This document shows positions 41,201 through 48,019 of a stretch of DNA of 64,000 nt, piece by piece. Position 1 is the first letter of the stretch. Every line of letters begins with the position of its first letter. The position numbers and the translations under genes were made by a program. This DNA is from an uncultured Prevotella sp. (GTDB lineage: Bacteria > Bacteroidota > Bacteroidia > Bacteroidales > Bacteroidaceae), in assembly GCA_905233555.1 (NCBI GenBank), contig CAJODF010000014.1, positions 4,043 through 68,042 of the forward strand. The letters are read 5' to 3'. A model generated the notes under the pieces. The model was given only the letters and a program-made list of their open reading frames with translations. It was not told the origin of the DNA and did no database searches.

Positions 41201-42188
41201 ATGGGTGAGCGAAGGAGTCTCGCTTGATGAAGTCTTTGAAGAAGTCGGAGGTCGCGAAGAGGCTGCCAAGACCATCGCTGCGATTATCTGGGAGAACGAC
41301 TATCCACTGACAGCCGAGATGCTGGAGGGCATCAATAACCCGAACCTGTTGGTCTATGTGAATGATGCCTCATTGGCTCCACAGGGTGTGCAGAATGTAG
41401 TGATTAATGGTGTGGCACCAGAGATTATCCTGACGGATGCCACAACGGGTAACAATAGTTTCTTCTGTCCCCAGCAATTCAGGGCCGAAAAGATCAGTTA
41501 TACCCGAAACTTCCGGCAGCATACTGTCATCGGCACCAGTCGTGGATGGGAAGGTCTCGCCCTACCCTTCGCCGTTCAGACTGTCACCCACGAGACGCAA
41601 GGACAGATCACGCCATTCCGCAATTACGACAGTCGTAAGCACTTCTGGCTCAGACAAATGACTGACCGTGGACTCACCAATGCTCAAAGTATTGAACCGA
41701 TGGTTCCTTACCTCATCGCTATGCCTAATAGCGCAGAATACTACGATGAGTTCAACCTCTCCGGACGTGTCACTTTCGCAGCAGAAAACGTAATTATACT
41801 TGAGACTGATTACATAGGGTACGGCACCGGTGAGATTATGCTTTATCCAAACTTTTCGGTAGTAGATACAACTTGGGAAGATGTATATGCCCTGAACGTG
41901 AACGATGCCAGAGAAGGCTGGGCTGAAGGTAGCGTCTTCATACGTAACTACCGTGAGGTTCGTCCCTTCGAAGTATATACTATGCATCTTAGAAATGGCG
42001 CCCGTCCACGTTACATACCCGTCAACAGCCAGACCAACGGTAATACCACTGGCATCAACACTATAGAGGTTGATTCTGCAAACGGCACTTGGTACTCTAT
42101 CGATGGACGTCAATTGCAGAGTGAACCCAAGACAAAGGGCGTATATATTAACAACGGCAGGAAAAAAGTCGTGTCAGATTTAAAATAA
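38277..42188 (+). CDS. LRR_5 (BspA/TpLRR) surface protein with two CBM4_9-like + Fn3-associated modules and a T9SS-type C-terminus
   Basis: MKKGLL signal peptide; WDTNGDGELS EF-hand-like motif; IP..ITSIG..AF repeats; duplicated LI.NG.MEG...YY.DNVK domain followed by IYYT.DGS.PT; ends WYSIDGRQL...KGVYINNGRKKVV. Confidence 0.85.
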   Translation: MKKGLLSIILMALAITFPTQSWAQNNIQFEDDAVKAICVANWDTNGDGELSYDEATAVTDIGTVFSNNSSIRLFHEFAFFTGLTQIPNDAFFWCVSLEEITIPQNITSIGNDAFYHDEKISSIILPDKLISIGSGAFGDCWILSITIPASVSSIEWAAFDSRFLESITVDNDNITYDSRNQCNAIIETASNKLIVGCKNSTIPEDIVTIGEYAFSGCSFENNLHFPSSLRKIEYQAFYQVSGLTSLEFPEGLEEIADNAFQYCNLQSIVLPNSLTTLGSHCFESCNLTTIYIPASVTTIWEAPFCGNQNLSQIIVEEDNPRYDSRNECNAIIEKENYTLIQGCNTTVFPEEILSLGGYAFSGMNITTITIPEGITYLGGYYAFSGCNSLEEVTIPSSIIPNNGLGFNTFEFCFNIKTIRCYMKTPGHYQVLFPTEVTEQATLYVPYGTKSLYEAADGWSNFRNIVEMEKADNEPIVVDLINNGNMEGEDVSCFFTKINGGDINPSVITDGVGMDGSRGIKVETTDRSAYVWDNQFWVRTNQPISDGSLIRVSFDYRADQQARVNVETHAEPGSYIYGYMFDENMTFDTDWQHFTYESIVSNDKSSDQNPMHSIAFTLSQFEKANNYYYDNVKVEVILKDQCPKPAFTQNKNEVIIQSPFDATIYYTLDGSEPTTNSEHGTGTLVYMLSQNATIKAFAVVEGYEPSPVATYSFRYTKETEPIAVDLIINGDMEGEDNSSFYYRFLPESTKASPQAITDGVGVDGSRGIKIEASANQDEIYNDEFWFSLSQPVSEGTRFRLSYDARADHEANVYIGAHGPAFFGDFISDWMEPYATFGTEWQTFTMEGTISSDVSSDQKPLASLAFSLSVTPEANNYYFDNVKFEVYLEDQCPKPTFKQTNRGVIIQSPFNATIYYTYDGSTPTTNSEHNEYIVEQFLARSKFTIKAFAVVDGYEPSPVATYNYEYIENASFDRVTAWVSEGVSLDEVFEEVGGREEAAKTIAAIIWENDYPLTAEMLEGINNPNLLVYVNDASLAPQGVQNVVINGVAPEIILTDATTGNNSFFCPQQFRAEKISYTRNFRQHTVIGTSRGWEGLALPFAVQTVTHETQGQITPFRNYDSRKHFWLRQMTDRGLTNAQSIEPMVPYLIAMPNSAEYYDEFNLSGRVTFAAENVIILETDYIGYGTGEIMLYPNFSVVDTTWEDVYALNVNDAREGWAEGSVFIRNYREVRPFEVYTMHLRNGARPRYIPVNSQTNGNTTGINTIEVDSANGTWYSIDGRQLQSEPKTKGVYINNGRKKVVSDLK

Positions 42189-42198
42189 GACGGTAATA

Positions 42199-42230
42199 TT
42201 TGGTCATTTCAAAGAAAACACTTATCTTTG
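42199..42230 (+). promoter_or_regulatory. Consensus Bacteroidota promoter of the 42277-47901 operon
   Basis: TTTG (42199-42202), 20-nt spacer, TATCTTTG (42223-42230). Confidence 0.75.
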
Positions 42231-42276
42231 TCCCCGAAACATTAGAAACATTATAAACAAATTAAATACGACAATT

Positions 42277-42876
42277 ATGAAGACAATGAGATTTATCGTA
42301 GCGATGCTGTTGCTCGGAATGACCATCAGCGTGGCAGCCCAAGGCGAGAAACAATGGATGAAAGATGCCAAGAAGGAAGAAAAACGCCTGAAGAAAGAGG
42401 GATGGCAGATCACACCTGGAAGTATCCCCATGCTCCAGCAAATTTATAACTCATATAAGTTACGAAATGAAATGGGTATGGACCTCGCCCCCAAATATGT
42501 ATTCGGTAATGCACAAAGCATCGGACAGTTCTTCGATGCCGCAAAGTTGTCAGCCACAGAAGTGGCTAAGGCAGATATGGTAGGACAGATTTCCACAGAG
42601 ATTACCCGTCTGGTGTCAGAACAGATCTCTGCTAAGCAAATATCTGGTGAACAGGCTGAATCTGTGATGGGTGTTGTCGAGAAAAGTAAGTCTATCGTCA
42701 CCCAGAAGTTGGGAGTCATCAATCCCGTCATTCAGTTCTACCGTAAACTTCCAAACGGCAATACGGAAGTGATGATGAGCATTGCCTACGATCTGGATAA
42801 AATTACCAAGCAATCCAAAGGTGTTGTCAATGACATGATGCAGGAGGCAGGACTTGACATAGAACTCGTACAATGA
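42277..42876 (+). CDS. Secreted hypothetical protein, LPP20-like
   Basis: Signal peptide AA-Q; KDAKKEEKRLKKEGW...PKYVFGNAQS...AAK..A...AK..MVGQISTEI; ATGA-coupled to the CHASE2 gene. Confidence 0.72.
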   Translation: MKTMRFIVAMLLLGMTISVAAQGEKQWMKDAKKEEKRLKKEGWQITPGSIPMLQQIYNSYKLRNEMGMDLAPKYVFGNAQSIGQFFDAAKLSATEVAKADMVGQISTEITRLVSEQISAKQISGEQAESVMGVVEKSKSIVTQKLGVINPVIQFYRKLPNGNTEVMMSIAYDLDKITKQSKGVVNDMMQEAGLDIELVQ

Positions 42877-44027
42877 AAAAGGATAGCGGCTGGTTTTGGC
42901 ATCATTTGGTATCGACTGCGTTTGCATTCAGCATCGTGGCCATCTATGCCTTGCTTGCTTTCAACCTGAAAATATTCAATCCTCTGGTACAGGTGATAAA
43001 GGAATACTCCATCACCGATTTCTATTATCAGGTAATAGACACAAATGAAGAACGTGACACGAGCCATATCGTCACCATCGTTGATATAGGGGACTTACGA
43101 GATCGTCGTGATATTGCCTATGCTCTCAGCGAGGTGATGGAACAACATCCGAAGGTTGTAGGTGTCGATATCCTGTTTGATGGACAAAAACCAGAGAATC
43201 CTGTAGGTGACAGTCTGATAGCAGCTGTTGCCGCCAGTGACACGTCGATGGTATTTGCCTTGCAATATTATGACGACTCTTTCGACGGCAAGCAATTCAA
43301 CCAAGTAAAACAGTCGTTCTTTGCCGACTCTATTCCAAACCTAAAAGAAGGTTTGGTCAACATGCAACTTGACAAGTTAGATGGCATGAGAAAGAAAATC
43401 AGTCTCGCCAAGACTGTTAAAGGTGAATTGCGTCCTTCAATGATTAAACTGTTGTCGGACAAATATGCCGAACAAGAAATCATGCCGCTTGCGGACAAGA
43501 CGATTAACATCAATTGGTCGGCTATCGATTTTAGAGTTATCCCTTATGATTCCATTGCTGACTATGGTGAATTCCTGAATGACCGTGTCGTATTATTTGG
43601 GTCCATACGCGATGAAAATGATACCCACTACACCCCACAGGGTAAGATGCCAGGTATCAAACTACTGGCCTACGGTGTCGAATCGATGGTGAAACAGACG
43701 ACCATTACGATTGCTCCTTGGTGGGTGAATGCCATTCTTTCATTCATTGCTGTACTACTCACCAGAATTCTATTTGAGACGGGTGACCAATATGCGAAAG
43801 GCCGCAAGAACATATTCGCGCGTATTAGTTTGAAGTCCGCATTGGCAATGGGAATACTGAAGTTCTTGTGGATAGCCTTCCTGATGTATGTCGGATTTAT
43901 TGTTTTCGCAAAATACAACATCAGCATCAACATTGCAATGGCACTAGCAGCCATCCCATTCATCGGACCCGCTGAGGATCTGTACAGAGTAATAACCAAT
44001 AGTTTTTCTAAAAATAAGGAAGTATGA
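42873..44027 (+). CDS. CHASE2-domain membrane protein with no cytoplasmic output domain
   Basis: N-terminal TM; IVTIVDIG, R..IA..L.......PKVVGVDILF, RVVLFG, DTHYTP.G.MPGI; three C-terminal TMs and then a stop. Confidence 0.82.
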   Translation: MKKDSGWFWHHLVSTAFAFSIVAIYALLAFNLKIFNPLVQVIKEYSITDFYYQVIDTNEERDTSHIVTIVDIGDLRDRRDIAYALSEVMEQHPKVVGVDILFDGQKPENPVGDSLIAAVAASDTSMVFALQYYDDSFDGKQFNQVKQSFFADSIPNLKEGLVNMQLDKLDGMRKKISLAKTVKGELRPSMIKLLSDKYAEQEIMPLADKTININWSAIDFRVIPYDSIADYGEFLNDRVVLFGSIRDENDTHYTPQGKMPGIKLLAYGVESMVKQTTITIAPWWVNAILSFIAVLLTRILFETGDQYAKGRKNIFARISLKSALAMGILKFLWIAFLMYVGFIVFAKYNISINIAMALAAIPFIGPAEDLYRVITNSFSKNKEV

Positions 44028-46036
44028 AAAAGAGATTGTTTCTGATTCTATCCTTGGTGGTAGCCTTAGCTGCATTGGCACAGGCTGCAGACCAATTAAG
44101 GGTCACTAGCGTCAAGGGAAAGATTAGTTACCTTACAAACAATGGTCAGCGTTTGCCATTGGAGGTTAACGATATTGTAGAAAAAGGTACAATTGTCAAT
44201 ATACCTTTCCACGGTATTCTGGAACTCCTAGACCAGAGTAACAACAACCGGTACACCATCAAGGCCCCTGGACGAGCCCCTATTTCCGCACTACTGAAAG
44301 ACAATCGCAATTCCTTGGAGAATCTAACAAGTCAGTATGTAAAGACACTGGTAAACGAAGTGACCAAAGGTGGAACTGTCAAAGGTATGGTCGTCACCGA
44401 ACCAGCAGCCATTACAAGAAAACAAGCAAAAGTTGGGGATTCGGACATGGATCTTGATTTGGACATGGACATGGATATGGACATGGACTTGAACATGAAT
44501 TTCAGCAAAAAGGATCTGATCAACGAATACCGTCAGTTCAGACAACAATGTACCAATACATACACCAATTGGGTACGTGAAGCCTGGCAGTCATATACCG
44601 GCGAAAAGCCCAAGAAGATACCACAAGTAAAAGACGCACCTCCTGTCTTTATCCCCATCAATGACGATGGCGAGGAAGGTGAGCCCATCCGCTATGAGCA
44701 GGCACAGGCTGAAGAAGGTCTGAAGGGAACGATTGCCACAGCTGAAGAAAGCACAGCCTCCTGGTTCTCATTCCTTGGGAAAATTATAAAGGGTAAAAAG
44801 AAAGACAAGAAGGTCAAGGAGAATAAGAATCAAAAACTGGCCGTTGAGAAAGTACATGATGATGTCGTCAAGGAGAAGGTTAAGGAATCGAAAGCCCTTG
44901 CTCCTATCGCTCCAGCACCCGTACAGGAAGGTGGTGTGAATACGGTCTTTACATTTAGCATCTTTGGAACAAACTATCAGGTCAGACTCGCTGATAATTG
45001 CCGTTTCAAACTAAATGGTGTTACAGAAAACAGTGTGGCCGATGCTATTGAATCGTTGGCCGACATTAAGTATGATAACATGCTCTTCGACTGTCTGAAG
45101 ATCCGAAAGGAAAACAAACTCTCTGACTGGGCCTACTTCCAGACTTTGGAGGCATTGACAAACGAATTCTGTGGTAAGGGTACTAACGAGGCCACGTTGC
45201 TGATGGGCTATATCCTATCGCAGTCGGGCTACAAGGTGCGTTTGGGTCGTGATAACCAGAAACTCGTGCTGTTGACAGCCAGTCAGCATACCATTTATAA
45301 TAAGGTGGCCTATCGTCTTGACGGCGAGACCTTCTACCTGCTTGACGGCAGTGTAGAAACTCTGAGCATCTGTCGGGCCTCTCTCCCCAACGAGACAAGT
45401 GTCTCGCTGATGATCCGAGCAGCACAGAAGTTCGACATGGACCAGTCGGATGTACGTACCATCAAGTCGAGAGACTATCCTGACTTCAAGGTGACCATCC
45501 ACACCAACAAGAATCTGCTGAAGTTCTATGATACCTATCTGCCATCCTGCATGAACGACGAACTGATGACACGATGGGCCATGTATGCCAACACGCCATT
45601 GTCAGATGATGTAAAAGCAGAACTCTATCCCCAGTTGCGCTCCCAACTGCAGGGTCTGTCAAAACTGGAAGGCATGCGCAGACTTCTGAATCTGATTCAG
45701 ACTGGATTAGTATATGAGTACGATGAGAACATCTGGGGAGTCGATCGAGCTTTCTTCGCAGAAGAGACGCTCTACTATCCCTATTGCGACTGCGAAGATC
45801 GTTCTATCTTGCTGTCAAGACTGGTGAGAGACATTCTGGGTCTGAAGGCAATCTTGATTTACTATCCGGGACATTTGGCAATGGCCGTACACTTCCCAGA
45901 AGAAGTGTCTGGCGACTATATCCTACTTGATGGTGAAAAATACATTGTCTGCGACCCGACATACATCGCTGCTACCGTTGGTAGGACAATGCCCGGTATG
46001 GACAACAATCAGGCCCGTGTCATTCTGTTGCAATAA
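44024..46036 (+). CDS. Secreted protein with a FecR-like N-domain and a transglutaminase-like cysteine protease C-domain
   Basis: Signal peptide; VTSVKGKI...LEVND...GTIVNI beta-domain; C-terminal YPYCDCEDRS, YYPGHLAMAV, YIVCDPTY (Cys-His-Asp). Confidence 0.7.
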   Translation: MKKRLFLILSLVVALAALAQAADQLRVTSVKGKISYLTNNGQRLPLEVNDIVEKGTIVNIPFHGILELLDQSNNNRYTIKAPGRAPISALLKDNRNSLENLTSQYVKTLVNEVTKGGTVKGMVVTEPAAITRKQAKVGDSDMDLDLDMDMDMDMDLNMNFSKKDLINEYRQFRQQCTNTYTNWVREAWQSYTGEKPKKIPQVKDAPPVFIPINDDGEEGEPIRYEQAQAEEGLKGTIATAEESTASWFSFLGKIIKGKKKDKKVKENKNQKLAVEKVHDDVVKEKVKESKALAPIAPAPVQEGGVNTVFTFSIFGTNYQVRLADNCRFKLNGVTENSVADAIESLADIKYDNMLFDCLKIRKENKLSDWAYFQTLEALTNEFCGKGTNEATLLMGYILSQSGYKVRLGRDNQKLVLLTASQHTIYNKVAYRLDGETFYLLDGSVETLSICRASLPNETSVSLMIRAAQKFDMDQSDVRTIKSRDYPDFKVTIHTNKNLLKFYDTYLPSCMNDELMTRWAMYANTPLSDDVKAELYPQLRSQLQGLSKLEGMRRLLNLIQTGLVYEYDENIWGVDRAFFAEETLYYPYCDCEDRSILLSRLVRDILGLKAILIYYPGHLAMAVHFPEEVSGDYILLDGEKYIVCDPTYIAATVGRTMPGMDNNQARVILLQ

Positions 46037-46050
46037 TAAAGATGCTAACA

Positions 46051-47901
46051 ATGAAAAAATGGATAATCATTGCAGCCTGTCTGTTGCCGATGTGGGCAAT
46101 GGCACAGGAAGAGATGGAGGAAGTAAATCGCATCAAGGCCGACCGTAACACTTATCTCTATGGTGAGGGTTATGGCGAGACGGAAGCCAATGCCGACAAG
46201 GAGGCCATGGCCAACCTGATGAGTAAGATTTCGGTCCAGGTAAGTAGCGACATCGAGATCAACGAGCAGCAGGTGAATACTGCTGAGGGTATTGATGCCA
46301 CATCGGTGGTCGAGTCGGTGGTCAAGACCTATACTGCCGGTACGTTGAAGAATACCCAGAGTATCATCGTCTCCCCTGCCCCTAAAGCCTACGTGGTCCG
46401 CTATATCAAGAAGACGGAGATAGACCGGGTGTTCAAAGCCAGGGAAGATCTAATATTTGATTATATCCGTGGTGCAAAAGAGGCTGAAAAAGTCTATCGC
46501 ATCGCCGATGCCCTACGTTACTATTACTGGGCATCATGTCTGTTGATGAGTATGCAGCACCCACAGGAAGTGAGATATATGGCAGACGGCGAGATGCATC
46601 TGCTGGCATCATGGATACCCGAACAGATACGCAGCATCCTCAGCCAGTTGAAGGCAGAGGTCACGAAGATAGAAGACCAAGAGGTGAGCCTCCTGTTCAC
46701 CTATCAGGGCAAACCTGTGACCAACCTCGATTTCTGCTATTGGGACGGCATGAGTTGGAGTAACTTATTCTCCGTTAACAACGGCGTTTCTCAGATAGAA
46801 ATGCGTCCAGGTGCTGATACGGAAAAACTGAAGATACAATATGAGTATGCCTTCGAAAGTCAGATGCAACAGGTTCCGGAACTGAAGCAGTTGATGCAGA
46901 TCTTCAAGAGAATCCCTTATAGGGAGTCGGATGTAACCATCTCATCAGGTAAGAAGGCCGACCAGAAGAGAGCTATGGAAGTCTATCAGGCATCAGTGGC
47001 CACTGCAGGCGCAGCCACTCATGCTGTCGTTGTGGAGCAGCCAAAAGAATATACGAAGACGATTGACAAGATTATCACGGCCATCAAAACCAAAAACTAT
47101 GCTTCGGTGAAAGATCTGTTTACAGATGACGGCTATGAGATGTTCGACAAACTGTTGCATTATGGCAATGCTACCGTCTTGGGTAATCCCCAACTGAACT
47201 TCTATCAGATGGACGACCGCGTCATCTGCCGTAGTGTACCCATGCGATTCACCTTTAAGAATAATAACCGAACCCTCATCGAAGATGTCACCTTTACTTT
47301 TAATGACGACGATGAGATTGAGTCAGTGGCCTTCGGACTGGACAAGGCTGCCCGTGATGACATCTTCAACCGTGACGCAGCCGCCTGGAACGACAGCGTA
47401 CGTATGGTCATTGCCACTTTCTTGGAGAACTATAAAACTGCCTTTGCTCTGAAGCGACTGGACTACATCCAGAGCATCTTTGATGACGATGCCATCATCA
47501 TTGTGGGACACCTGACGAAACAGGCAAAGAAAAATATGGAAAACGGAAAGTATATTGACAACCAATTGGTGAAATATACCCGTTTAGACAAAAACACCTA
47601 CATCAAGAATCTAGAGCGTAGTTTCAAGAGCAACCAGTTCATCAACATTCGCTTCACTGATAACGAAGTAAAGAAGATGGGCAAGGGAGGTCAGACCTAC
47701 GGTATTCTGATACACCAAGACTACTATTCCTCGACCTACGGTGATACGGGTTATCTGTTCCTGATGGTTGACCTGAACGATATGGAACAACCCATCATCA
47801 AGGTACGTACCTGGCAGCCCAACCGTGATCCGAACATCAACGGAAACTTCTCGAAAAGTGATCCCTATTATGGACTTATTTATGGTGGAAACTTTGATTA
47901 G
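46051..47901 (+). CDS. Secreted protein with an LPP20-like N-domain and NTF2/SnoaL-like C-terminal domain(s)
   Basis: Signal peptide AMA-Q; YLYGEG.G.T...AD..A...L...ISVQV; C-terminal FLENYKTAFALKRLDYI..IF.DDAIIIVG...QDYYSSTYGD.GYLFL. Confidence 0.65.
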   Translation: MKKWIIIAACLLPMWAMAQEEMEEVNRIKADRNTYLYGEGYGETEANADKEAMANLMSKISVQVSSDIEINEQQVNTAEGIDATSVVESVVKTYTAGTLKNTQSIIVSPAPKAYVVRYIKKTEIDRVFKAREDLIFDYIRGAKEAEKVYRIADALRYYYWASCLLMSMQHPQEVRYMADGEMHLLASWIPEQIRSILSQLKAEVTKIEDQEVSLLFTYQGKPVTNLDFCYWDGMSWSNLFSVNNGVSQIEMRPGADTEKLKIQYEYAFESQMQQVPELKQLMQIFKRIPYRESDVTISSGKKADQKRAMEVYQASVATAGAATHAVVVEQPKEYTKTIDKIITAIKTKNYASVKDLFTDDGYEMFDKLLHYGNATVLGNPQLNFYQMDDRVICRSVPMRFTFKNNNRTLIEDVTFTFNDDDEIESVAFGLDKAARDDIFNRDAAAWNDSVRMVIATFLENYKTAFALKRLDYIQSIFDDDAIIIVGHLTKQAKKNMENGKYIDNQLVKYTRLDKNTYIKNLERSFKSNQFINIRFTDNEVKKMGKGGQTYGILIHQDYYSSTYGDTGYLFLMVDLNDMEQPIIKVRTWQPNRDPNINGNFSKSDPYYGLIYGGNFD

Positions 47902-47946
47902 ACAGCGACAATACCTGATACCACATACCCATTTGTAGGTATTTTG

Positions 47947-47990
47947 ATAGACTTGCAGCTGAATGCAACTCGGTTGCAAGTTTATTTTAT
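47947..47990 (+). terminator. Intrinsic terminator closing the 42277-47901 operon
   Basis: ATAGACTTGCAGCTGA pairs with TCGGTTGCAAGTTTAT (all mismatches are G-U compatible), followed by a T-rich tract. Confidence 0.6.
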
Positions 47991-48019
47991 GTATCTTTGC
48001 AGCAAATTCAGGACAGGAT

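Noticed and set aside
29828-47901. Integrative or mobile element status for the accessory block
   Set aside because: No integrase, transposase, tRNA target or flanking direct repeat was seen, so it is treated as an accessory gene cluster only.
47947-47985. Palindrome upstream of feoB as a Fur/metal operator or riboswitch
   Set aside because: It does not resemble a Fur box and lies upstream of the -7 element. G-U-compatible mismatches plus a T-tract fit a terminator of the preceding operon better.
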